The position numbers and the translations under genes were made by a program. Below the pieces are notes generated by a model, which saw only the letters and a program-made list of their open reading frames with translations, made no database searches and had not been told where the DNA came from. 64,000 nt of DNA from Balamuthia mandrillaris (lineage: Eukaryota), in contig JAVKOQ020000014.1 of NCBI GenBank assembly GCA_031835245.2, forward strand, positions 310,001-374,000, in the 5' to 3' direction. Positions 38,295-49,966 of this stretch are shown here, piece after piece; position 1 is the first letter of the stretch; every line of letters starts with the position of its first letter.

Positions 38295-39469
38295 ATGGAA
38301 CACAGCGTCGCCTCCAGCACAGCTGCGACGAGCCTGCAGGCGAAGCAGAAGAAGCGGCAAAAGATCTTGGTGTTGGGGGCGGGCATCATCGGGCTCACCA
38401 CCGCCACGTTGCTGCAGCGGCACGGCTACGACGTCACCATTTGGGCCAAAGAGATCCCCCCAAACACTACTTCGAATGTTGGTTTGTTTTTTTTCTTTCT
38501 CACATCAACGAAGAAAGAAAAAGAAAAAGTTTGATGCGATTTGATTTTTCGCTCACTCGATTTATTTTATTTTTTTTCAAAGCGGGTGGTTTGATGTGTC
38601 CCTACATCTCCTTTCCCAAGGACAAGGTGCTGCGCTGGACAAAGGAAACGATGCTGGTGTTTGGCGAGCCGCAGAACGAACCGTTCGTCACCCGCCAGTC
38701 CTTCTATGAGCACTTTGAGGCGCCCACCGCTGATCCTGAGTGGTAACGCTACCCTTTCTTTGCGTTTCGTTAATCACTTTTGTTGTTGTCTTATGTTGTT
38801 GTTGTAATGCTTGCTCCCCCCTGCAAAACAACAAAGGTCCGTAGTCATTCCCGTCACTCGCCTTGTGCCAAAAGAGCGAGCCAAAGACTGCATTGATGGT
38901 TGCTATCTTCTTGCTTCTTGTTTTTGTTGCTGTTGTTGATCCTCATCTTGTTCTTGTTCTTCTTTCTTCTTCTTCTCTTTCTCTTCTTGCTGCTGTCTTC
39001 GTTCTTCGTTCTTCTATCTTCTTTCTTCTCTTCTTCTTTCTTGCTTTTCTGCTCGTTCTTTTACCAGGTATAAGAGCAGAAAGCTTGGTCGTTGAAGTGG
39101 ACGCATACCTCCAACACCTGCTTGACCAGTTCGGAGAGAGCGGGGGTATGCTGGTGCTCACCACCGTCCATCACATCGGCGATGCGTTGAAACACTTTGA
39201 CATTGTTTGCAACTGTACTGGTTTTGGCTCAAGATGGTTATTGAATGATGATAAGGTTTGGATAACAAGAGAGAAGAGAAAGAGAAAGAGAAAGAGAAAG
39301 AGAAAGAGAAAGAGAAAGAGAAAGAGAAAGAGAAAGAGAAAGAGAAAGAGAAACGACGAAAGAGAAACGACGAAAGAGAAAGAGAAAGAGAAACGACGAA
39401 AGAGAAAGAGAAAGAGAAACGACGAAAGAGAAAGAGAAACGACGAAAGAGAAAGAGAAAGAGAAAGAGA

Positions 39470-39523
<54 letters not shown>

Positions 39524-40136
39524 AAGCCTAGAAGTGAATAATGTTGCTAAATGCCTGTTTGTTCAGCTGGTTCCTGTTAGAGGTCAAGTACTTCGGGTGA
39601 AACAACAAGGCCTTTGTCATACAGTAGCACTTTTCTCTTTCTATTGCTTTCTTTCGTTTTCTTTTCTAAAGTTTTGTCTTCTCAAACAGGCGTCCAAAGA
39701 ATCGCCGGAGAATATCTCCTACTTTATCAGCCGGAAGAACGACATCATATTAGGAGGCACCGCCCAATACCACAACTTAAATCTCTCTGCAGATCCAGCC
39801 GACACCCAACGCATTCTCAAAGGGTGCTGGGAGCTGGAGCCTTCACTTCGCGACTGTTCCATCTTGGAAGTTCGTGTTGGTCTCCGTCCCTCTCGCTCTG
39901 AGATTCGGTTGGAGGCGGAAGAAGTGATGGAAGATAGGAAGAAGGAACGAGAAGAAAAGCAGAAAAAGAGGAGAAAGTTTGTGATACATAACTATGGACA
40001 TGGCGGATCGGGCTGGACGCTTTGCTGGGGATGCGCAAAGGAAGTGTTGGCGTTGGTGAATGAGAAGGTGGCGCTGCAGCAGGACGAAACGGAGGAGGGC
40101 CGTCATGTGACGAAGCAGCAAGCAGCGCGCCTTTGA
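38295..40136 (+). CDS. DAO: D-amino-acid oxidase, multi-exon, PTS1-like C-terminus (ARL)
   Basis: ILVLGAGIIGLTTA; NTTSN; IVCNCTGFGSR; VPVRGQV; ILGGT; VGLRPSR; IHNYGHGGSGWTLCWGCA. Confidence 0.92.
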
Positions 40137-40429
40137 GTGCTTCGTTTATTTATTGTAAACTCGATCCTTTCAGGCTTTACCTGGCAATGAGGTAGCTTTC
40201 TGAAGCTTCTGCTTCAGGTAACGCGTCGTCGCGTTCAAGAAGTATCATCGTTATCATTTGACTATGGCTTGTGTCCGCTTTCAAAGGAGCAAGTGCGCCA
40301 TGGAGCTGCATGATTGTTGTCTGCCTGTTCTTCTCATTAATGTTTTCGCAGCTGCGTTGCCCACGACGCACCTGGTCTTCTCCCTTGCTGATTTGAATGA
40401 TTGAAAGAACACTGCTCTAGCGGTTGTTG

Positions 40430-40431
40430 GA

Positions 40432-40483
<52 letters not shown>

Positions 40484-40487
40484 AAAA

Positions 40488-40523
<36 letters not shown>

Positions 40524-40594
40524 AACAGAAAGAAAGAAAGAAAGAAACGACAAGAAAGAAAGAAAGAAAGAAAGAAACGACAAGAAAGAAGAAA

Positions 40595-40663
<69 letters not shown>

Positions 40664-40735
40664 AACGGAAAGAAAGAAAGAAAGAAAGAAACGACAAGAA
40701 AGAAAGAAAGAAACGACAAGATAGAAAGAAAGAAA
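40430..40735 (-). repeat. (TTTC)n microsatellite with TTGTCGT interruptions on the minus strand
   Basis: GAAA repeats with ACGACAA interruptions; the reverse complement has the same pattern as 3955-4502. Confidence 0.9.
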
Positions 40736-41355
40736 GGAAAACAAGAGAAGAAAGGACAACAAAAAGATAGGGGAAAGGTTGAAGAGGTTGACGGCGTACC
40801 ATGCAGGGTTTGTTAGAATGTAAATTCTAGGGGGATCCCCCCAGCCAACGTGAAACGAAGGCTGAAAGGGATGTGTTCGCATTGTGTTATGGAGTTTAGC
40901 AACTCTCCTTGGCGGTCGCTGGTCGCCAGGGTCATATGCCGACCCCGAGGCAACCCACGGCCCAAAGAACCCCGAAGGAAGTACTTTTTAGAATTTCAGT
41001 CCACAAAAGGAGCCACTTAGGTGCTCGCCGCTACTTTGAACCTGGTGCTTAAGCCTCTTAAGATGAATTCGAAGTAGCATGTGCAACATTTTTGCAACCA
41101 AAATTCTTCAAACCGTTCTTTCTTTTTTCCCCTTGAATGACCTCCAGCCCTTCGTTGCCCTCTTTGAACACCCCTCCCAGGGCCTTGGGTTTGGTATTGT
41201 GGTTTCCATTCCATTTTTTTCACTGATAGAGGTGGCGCCTCTTTGTTCCATTTAAAGTCAAACGTTGATCAAATCGTCGACAAAAATCAAACCTCAACAA
41301 AAAGAAGGACAAGAAAGACAAGAGAAGCGAAGAGAAGAGAGGAGAGGAAAGAGGT

Positions 41356-43435
41356 ATGTTGGTGCGACGGAAATCGATCTACATCGTTTTGGTGGTGGTG
41401 ATGGTGGTGTGGTCGTTCCACCTCATGACCAGATCGCCAACGACTTCAACGTATGTTCCGCCTACTGCCGCTCCACCGCTTGCTGCTCCCTTCCAAGAAC
41501 CGCCTCCCACGGTGTCGCACCCTCCCTTGCGCCAAGACGCTGACGGCAACGAACAAGGGGACCTCGAGGAGGAGCAGGCAGAACAATATGAGGACGCGGG
41601 AGAGGAAATACATCATGAGCTTGACGAAGAGTACGTCCATGAACAAGAAGAAGAAGAAGAGGAAGCAGAACTGGCAGAGCGTGAAGCAGAGGAGAATGAA
41701 GAAGAAGAACTAGAACAAGAAGACGGCTTTAACCCGTATGTTGAAGAAGACCAAGATGAAGGTGAGCTTGACGACCATATCGACCACGAACTTGACCACG
41801 AGTACCTCACCGAACGGCCTTATGGAGAAGAAGAAGAAGAAGGACGAGAAGCGCAGCCACCGCAACAAGTGGAACAAGGCACCAAACCACAAAAACAACA
41901 TCGGCCTGACCCAAACTCTGCCAGGCAGAAACAAAGGGAGGCCGACGAGAAAACCCGGCGCATGCGCAGCCGGGAGGCCATCTCCGTGCTGCTCGACTAC
42001 CACTACGACCGCAACGCCGGCATGTGGAGCCGCAACAGCGCCGAGACCGGCTGGTGGAACTCTGCCAACGGGGTGGAGATCCTGGCCAACTTCCTGTGGT
42101 ATACCGAGCAAAGCTTCCATCGGGAGGGCAGCCAGAGGGTGAGGGAGAGGGAGGAGAAGGAGCATGACTTGGGAGTGCTGAGGAAGAAGGTGAAGGGGCA
42201 GATAGAGAACACCTTTGGCAAGGCGGACATTGGAAAGACCCTTCGTGGCCAGTTTTACGATGATGGCGTAAAGACTCTCTCTTTCCTATTGTTGCGCTTT
42301 GTCCTTCCTGCTAAACCAAAACAAAAAACCAAATTCAAAAAGGGATGGTGGGCATTGGCATGGCTGCGCGTGCACGACCTCTTCTGTAGGGACGGGATCC
42401 TTCCCCCCTCCTCCTGCATTGACGGCGGCATCTCCATTGAGCCCCACTCCACTCCAACCTCCCGCTCGCCCTACCTCCAACGCGCCATGGACATATTCTC
42501 TCACATGGCCAAGAACGCCTGGGACGAGAAGCAATGCAAGGGAGGAGCCTGGTGGAGTAAGGCAAACAAGTACAAGAACGCCATCACCAACGAGCTCTTC
42601 CTCTCCATCGCCGCTCGTTTGCACCTCGCCCTGGGAGATTCGGCCTCTGCCGTTCGTTTTCCTTTAGACCTGATGCTCTCTCCGGTGGAGCAACAGCGAA
42701 AGGAAGCCAAAGAGGGAAGAAAAACGAAGCAGCTGACGACCATGACGCAGAAGCCGGTGCACACCGCCTTGGGTTGGGCTCAGAAGAGTTGGTGGTGGTT
42801 GGAGAGGTCGGGGATGATCAATGCGGAAACGGGCTTGATCAATGATGGCTTGTTGGAGGATGGCTCCTGCAAGACCAACCTGGGCATCACTTGGACTTAT
42901 AATCAGGGCGTACGTTTTCCTACTTGTTGTGCTTTGTGCTTCATTCGTTGATCCCTTCTGTATTTTTCTTCTTTCATTAACTTCAAAACAACAATAATAG
43001 GTAATATTGAGCGGACTAGCGGACCTCTACGAAGCCACCAAAGACAAAAACTACATCAAACAAGCCACGAAACTGGTGCAAGCCGTCATGAAGCACCTCG
43101 TCCACGATAACACCGAGGCCAAGGTCCTGCGCGAGCCCTGCGAGAACCACCCCGTGCTCACCTGCGACAAGGACCAACGCCAGTTCAAAGGCATCTTTGT
43201 CCGGCACCTGAGATACCTCATGGACGTTGCCGCCGAGTTCAGGGTGTTGGACAGCCGAAACGAAGCGGCCCTGCGAGAGTTTTTGGAGGGCAACGCCGAG
43301 TCCGTCTGGAGCCACGCCAGGGACGAGAGGAACAACCGGTTTGGGCTGGAGTGGGGCGAGCTGAGGGTGTCGCATAGGGATGCCACCACGCAGATGGCGG
43401 CCATCGATGCTTTGAACAGCGTCATGGCTTTGTAA
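41356..43435 (+). CDS. Glycoside hydrolase family 76 (alpha-1,6-mannanase-like), type II membrane, 3 exons
   Basis: GWWNSAN, FYDD-GWWALAW (catalytic DD pair), GGAWWS...YKNAITNELF, LINDGL, WTYNQGVILSGL, QFKGIFVR; N-terminal TM and acidic stalk. Confidence 0.9.
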
Positions 43436-43507
43436 GAGGGAGAGAGAGAGCGAGAGAACGAGTGGACTCTTCTCTATTTTTTCTTTAAAACAAAAAAGGA
43501 ACAGTAT

Positions 43508-43579
43508 TAGCAGAGAGAGGTTTCGATCCTCCGACCTGTGGGTTATGGGCCCACCACGCTTCCACTGCGCCACTCTGCT
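43508..43579 (-). tRNA. tRNA-iMet: Initiator tRNA-Met (CAT), second copy
   Basis: Reverse complement is identical to the 37185 copy except one C/T difference in the D-loop. Confidence 0.97.
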
Positions 43580-43677
43580 TTTCGTTCGGTTGGGTCGGAC
43601 GCCGTCTGTTGGGTGAAAAGCAACCCCTCGGCTGGCTGCGGGGGGCGAAGAAGAAGAAGGCGGAAGCAACTGGGAAT

Positions 43678-43841
43678 GCTCATGCTTGCATGCTTGACAT
43701 TCCTTAGCTGTTGTGCAACAATGGACGTCAAATAATGCACAGCATCGCGCCATACAACGCTCATGCTTGTCATGCTTGGCATGCCTTAGCTTTTGTGGTG
43801 CAACAATGGACGTCCAATAATGCACAGTTTTCGCGCCAAAA
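43678..43841. repeat. ~80-bp imperfect tandem duplication ending in TCGCGCCA
   Basis: GCTCATGCTTG...CCTTAGCT...TGCAACAATGGACGTC.AATAATGCACAG..TCGCGCCA starts at 43678 and at 43759. Confidence 0.85.
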
Positions 43842-44038
43842 TCGGAACAGACCTTTTTAAGAAGGGGAATCATTTTTGTAATTAATCATTATATATTAAT
43901 TCACTGCTGTTGAATGATCTGATGTACCTCAGGTGTCTTTACCTCATCGGAGACAAAAAAAAACAACGAAGCACAACTGCTTTTAACTTAGCACTTAAAA
44001 AAAACACTGGACGCCCGCAGAGATACAAAGGAAAAGGC

Positions 44039-45533
44039 ATGGGGTGTTATTGTGGGGGACGTGCCGGCTTTGGCGTCGGCCGTGTCCACTATAGCATTGC
44101 CACACTTTTCTTGCTTTGTTTTTTTCAGCAGGTTTTGTCAACTAGTTTCGTTTTGTTTTGTTTTTTTTTTGTTTTGTGGTTTGTGAACACCAACTTTCCT
44201 ACCTAACAAACAGGTAAGAGCAGAGGAGGGAGGATTCAAATGGGAAGAGGTGCGGGAACGTCTCGTCGAGTTCGGAGTGGTCACTTGCGTAGTTCTAATC
44301 GGTTTAGGTCCGTTTTGCAGGGTCTCCCTTCCTTCTTTCTCTCTCCCTTTCGTAGCCTTTTTGCTCACGCACTCGTTCTCAAAGGCTTTGAGACGTTCAA
44401 AGAGAAGTTGGAAGAATGGACCAGCAAAGCCATGAAACCCATTCTTAGAGCCATGTGGGGAGGTTGGACTTTACTCTCTTCCTCTTTTATCCCCGTGCCA
44501 TCCCCTCTTTTGCTTTGCTGCTAACAACAACGGACAAACAAATACACAGAGTTGACAGGAGGCGGCTTCTTTGGCTTGGTTTCGTTCGTGCTGACCAAGA
44601 GCGGGGCTCTCACTCACCTTTCTGTAGCTTTGGGACTGGAAGAAGACGAACTCAACGAAATTGTGGAACAGGTCCACCTTATGCTCTTCATTGTGTTTGT
44701 CCTATTCCTTGGTCAGGTAACTTGATCGCACCTCTCGTTCTCTCGTTCTCATAAAGTGATATACGGAAACTTATACAACGTGCACACAAAGACAATTCTA
44801 TTGCTTATTCTTGCCCACTCCGTTGAGAAAAACTGGAGAGCTGCTGAGAAAGAAGTGAAAGACCCAGGTACGCTCCTCCCTGATACCCTTCTTTGTTGCT
44901 TCTTCCCGCTTTCTTCTTGTTCTTCTTCTTGTTCTTCTTCTGCTTCTCCTTGTTCCTGTTCTTCTTCGTTCTTGTTCTTGTTCTTGTTCTTGTTCTTGTT
45001 CTTGTTCTTGTTCTTGTTCTTGTTCTTGTTCTTGTTCTTCGTTCTTTATTCTTCTTCTTCTTCTTCTTCTTGGTCTACTTACAAAGGAAGAAACTATAGA
45101 TACGGTTATCCGCCACTTTCAGGATATGGTTGTATACAAGCAACATAACAAAGTTCCATTGTGGGACTTTAGGTTTGTGTCTCTCCTTCTGTTGACTTGG
45201 CTTTCTTTTCTGTGCATTGCCTCCAACACTGAAACGATAAACCTTTAGAAAAAGGAGAAAGTTTCGCCGCATTCAACATAGAATGGAGTACTTGACTCTG
45301 CGAGAGAACTTCATTCATCCCTCCGACTCGACTCAACAAAAACTGGATCCAGACTTTGACTACAGCGAATACTTGTCCATTCTGGTCGGTCACACCATCG
45401 GCGACCTCGTTAAGATTCATCCCTTCACCTGGGGAGCGCTGGAGTGCCTCTTTTTCATTTTCTTTTTTGCCTCTGTTCGTATTCCTTCTCTCTCTATCTC
45501 TCTTCATTTCTGCAATTGTTAACTCTCTCACTC

Positions 45534-45570
<37 letters not shown>

Positions 45571-46355
45571 GAACAAAAGGCAGCAGATGAGAAAGTTCAG
45601 GCTGGGCTGTTCATCATCTACGGATGGAGTATTCTCCTTGTGCTGTGGCTCATCAGCCGGAAGCTTGAGCAGATACGCAAATGGCTTTTGCCTCCAGTCG
45701 AGCTGCTCCTCCTGAACGAAGAAGGAAAATCAAGCGATGCGTTCATCATCAACAACGAAGCGGAAGAGGAGGAAGTGTTGCTCTCTACCAGCAACAAGCT
45801 GGAAGAAGGTGGAACAAAGCTCACACAGAAGAAGAAGCCGCCTTACCTAGAACTCCCGCACAAACCAAGAACTGTTGTTGGACAGCTGTTGTTGGGGCCT
45901 CCTCCCAACAAACATGAACAACTGTTTTGGTTCGACAAGAAAGGCCACATGTTCATCTTGCACGTCATTCGTTCGGTAATGATGCTATCGGCTGTGTATA
46001 TTGCGGTGTTCGGCTATCAGATGAGCCGCTCTGTGTGGTACAAGTTACGTATATCCCTCCAACAACGAAAGAAGACTCCACGAAAGGATGGAATCGATTC
46101 CTGACGTTTGTTGTTTTGATACAAACAGCTTTAAGATGCAGTGGAGGTTCGAGCTGTACATCTTGATGGTCGTTCCATTGCTCATCGCTCTCCTCTATCA
46201 CATGCCGCATATCATCAGAAGGTTCTCACTTTGGTCCTCCTTGTTCTTCTGTTTAGCTTTTTGTTCTTATCGTATTCTTCCCATGAAGGTATGTTGTCTG
46301 CTCAAACATTGAACTCAAGAAGAAGAAGAAAGTCATCGACCGAGTGGTCAGGTTT

Positions 46356-46394
<39 letters not shown>

Positions 46395-47253
46395 AATCTC
46401 TCTTCTTATCGGCGATCCTTTTGTTGTAAAGAGTGGTCCGAACTCGAAAGTCCATTCGCATGTTGCGTCTGCTCAACAGCATCAAGTCCTACGCGCGTCG
46501 CATGCAAAGAATGGCGCACCGCCAAACCGGCGATAAACCAAAGCAGACGAGCAATGCTCCGAAACAAGCTCTCTCACCGGAAACGGTTCGTGAGATAGAA
46601 CAGGTCTTCCAGCTGTTTGACAAAGACGGTAACGGCAGGGTGTCAGCCGCCGAGATGGTGGACTTGATGCAGACTCTTGGCATTGACATCACGAGAGAGA
46701 CTGCCCAAGAGATAGTACGTTCTACTGTTCTCCTTGAGAAAAAGTGGGGAGAGAGAGACAGAGAGAGAGAGAGCAACAAACATTTGCTCACACAGGGGTC
46801 TCCTAGATCAATGAGGTGGATGTGGATGGCGATGGCGAGCTCGACATGGATGAGTTCATCGAGTTTATGCGCGATGAAATAAGCGACAGAGAAAAAGCTC
46901 CGGAAGAAACCATCGAGGAAATGTTTGCTCTCTTTGACCGAGACGCTTCCGGCTCCATTAGCCACCACGAATTCAGGTTTGTGTTTGTCTTTTCCTTTTC
47001 GTTGTTTTCGTCTATTAACCAACATAACGAAATATTTAGGACTATATTGATGGCTCTTGGTAATGCCCTCTCGCCAGAGGATATCTCAGAACTCATCCGT
47101 GAGCTTGATGAAGATGGCAACGGAGAAATAGACATCGAAGAGGTATCTTCTCCTCACCTCCTCTCTCTCCCTCTCTGTCTTGTGAGTGCCTAACCATTTG
47201 TTTCTTTTCTTATTTCATAACAGTTCCGACATCTTGTCCACAAGTTTTCGTAA
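44039..47253 (+). CDS. MLO-like multi-pass membrane protein fused to four EF-hands
   Basis: ELTGGGFFGLVSF, EQVHLMLFIVFVLF, YLTLRENFI, DFDYSEYL and LFWF resemble MLO motifs. EF loops: DKDGNGRVSAAE, DVDGDGELDMDE, DRDASGSISHHE, DEDGNGEIDIEE. Confidence 0.78.
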
Positions 47254-47342
47254 TAAAACTTCCTCTTAACAATGCTCTCTCTCTCTCTCTGTCTCTGTCC
47301 TCTCTCGCTCCAACAACCGTTGCGTGCAACTCTCTTCATTCC

Positions 47343-49966
47343 TTAAGAACGGGGATGATACTTGAGCCAGGCCAAAGTGGCCAGAGAAGAAGTGGCAGCA
47401 ACAGTGGCAGCGAGCAACAAAGTGGGTCCACTTCCGCCAGAAGAGAGCCATCTTTTGCTTCTTCTCAACAGCGAGTTATTGCGGAGTCTTTGGGCCGTTG
47501 TGAAGCTCTCGTAGTCTTCAATTTGGAAGTTTAAGAGTTTCATCGTTCGTTGTGCTCTTGTGGATTGGGGATGGCCTGAAACAAGTTCCTATGTTTTAAA
47601 TAAAGGTGAGCAAACCAAAAAACGAGAAAGAGAGGAGAGCAGAGAGCAGAGAGAATAACGAACCGCTCTAACTTTCGGCACAAAGGAAAGATCAGTGACG
47701 GCAACAACGGCATTGTTGCTGTCAATCCATTTGACTTGTATGGGAATGCCTTCAAAGACTTGATAAATGTCGCTTGTTTGGGTTTCTGATAAGAATGAAA
47801 CGTGGAACAGGAATGTTCTGTCTTCTTTGTCTGCAAAAACCAAAGAACGCAATGTTGTCAGCTCGCCAAACAAAGACTCCGAAACAAAAAGCAGAAACTA
47901 CGTGAGATAACAGAAGAAAGCAATACCTTCACGTTGAGGATCAAGCGTAACCGGTGAGAATGAACGAACGAGGTTGAGCACGTTGACATATTCCTTTAAC
48001 TCGGCCGCCACAATGTTCAACCGCAGTCGTTCCACCTCTTCCTCCTCATTCTGTTCCAACAACAACTTTTCTTGGCCGAGTATCATCGCCAACAGTCTCA
48101 CAAATACCGCTCCTGTCATGAACGCATCATAACCTGCTTCATGTGCAAAATGTTGTTCTTCTCCTCCTTCTGAAGATGCAGCAGCAAAAGCGTATCGAGT
48201 GAATCCTTCCTCGTGAACTACTTCCACGCTTCCTTCGTCTTCCTCACCAGGCTTCTTCTTCAGAGTTGCTTCAAATAGGTCTCCAAGAGCTGTTGACAAG
48301 AAGAGCATGCCTCCTGCTTCTTGTCGCAAAGTTGAAGTGGTCGAAGAAGAAGCAGAAGCGGGAGAAGAAGTAAACTTAGGATGAACGTTTGCTAAATGCT
48401 TCGTGTCTAAAATAACAGGAAACAGTTTGTGCAGCTCTTTCTTGAAGGTAGCGAGATCCGAGGGCAATCCGTCGATGAACAAGTCATACGTGTACAACAA
48501 GTCCAACAGAAGATTATGTCCAACGATAGGTTTGGCGGCTTCGATAATGGCTCGAATGACGGTAGTGAAACCAACAGCCGTTTCGTGTTTATCTATCAAT
48601 TCTCTTATCTGTTGTTCTTCCTTCAAGAGGCGTTCTTCTTCGCTTACGAACGTAACTTGTAACTTGTCCCATTGCTGGGGACTGCCTTCTTCTGACTTCA
48701 GTGACGCAACGAAGAGGTCAGGATAGTTGTTAGCGATGAGCTCGTAGACAACTCGGCGAAGGAAGGAGTTGGAGGCAGTCAGAATGAGGGGTTGGTCATG
48801 ACCTTGCTTTAACCATTCCTCGATTTGTTCTCTGTGGTTGGTTTGTTAAACAAGAAGAAGAACAACAAGAAGGAAGAAACTTACACAATTCCATTACGAA
48901 AAGTAATGTCGCGTTCGGAAGTGAGAACGACTGAGTTGGAAGCAGTGTTGGAGGGTTGTAGTCCTGAACGGGCAGCCTCTCTCTCTTCTCTTCTCTGCTG
49001 ATTACGTTCCTCCATCTTTTGTATCTGCTCCAACAGTCGTGGCTTCAGCTTATCTGCCACTGCACTTCGCTGTAAACATTGCAAACGATAGAAAGATCGT
49101 TCATCAATCAACATAAACAAGAAGAAGAGAAAGAAGAGAGCAAATGAACAACAAGAAAAAGGAGAACAACAACAAAGAAGAACAAGAAGACAAAGGCTAT
49201 CGTACAAGAAAAGGAACACCGCCATGAATCCATTTGTTAAAGTCAAAGCCATGGCACGACAGAAACTCCAGGCTGGAGGCTTGGCAGCGAAACCTTCTGT
49301 CCACGTACTCGAATGGTCTTGGGAAGATGTAAAAGTTCCATGTTTTCGCCACAAATCTTGGCAGAGATAACAATGAACGACACGAAAAAATAAGAACAAA
49401 AGGAAAGAGGGAAGAGGGAAGAGGGAAGAAAGAAGAGGAAGAGGAAGAGAGAAGAGAAGAGAGAAGAGAGAAGACAGAAGAGAAAAGAGAGAAGAGAGAA
49501 GGGAGAAGACAGAAGAGAAGAGTGAACGAGAGAAGAGAGAAGAGAGAAGGGAGAAGGGAGAACGAGAATTAGAGAAAGAGAACGAGAGAAGAGGGAAGAG
49601 AAGAGAAGAAAGAAGAGAAGAGAAAGAGAACGAGAGAAACCTTTTTTCTTCGGATGAGTAGCGAAAGGTCGAAAGCCCGTATTGCGTGACCACAAAGTTC
49701 TCTGCCGTTTGTTTCAGCTTTTGGTATTGCTGTGGATTTTTTTCAAACAAAAGCAAACCATCATCAGTGGCAATCTCCTCTGAAAAAAGCGCCGCCCAAA
49801 CGTGAAACAAACAAACCTCCTCTTTGGTGTCAATCACGGAAGTGTCGAGCGACTTGGAGAGAGAGAGGCCGGTGAACTCGGTGTCCAGCGCCACAAAGTC
49901 GCACTCACGGATGGCGGCCACCACCCCCGGCAACGCCTCCTTGAAGTTCTCCCTCGTTACTTCCAT
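47343..49966 (-). CDS. PARN: PARN/CAF1-family DEDD poly(A) ribonuclease with R3H, RRM-like region and C-terminal hydrophobic tail
   Basis: MEVTRENFKE...DFVALDTEFTGL; CQASSLEFLSCHGFDFNKWI; NSFLRRVVYE; IVGHNLLLD; ILDTKHL; HEAGYDAFMTG; VKWIDSNNAVV. Confidence 0.9.

Noticed and set aside
40825..41005. TPP riboswitch, RNase P or telomerase RNA identity for the stem-rich segment
   Set aside because: It has CTGAAA rather than CTGAGA and no ACCTGA at the expected place, lacks RNase P/MRP CR-I, and has no CTAACCCT template.
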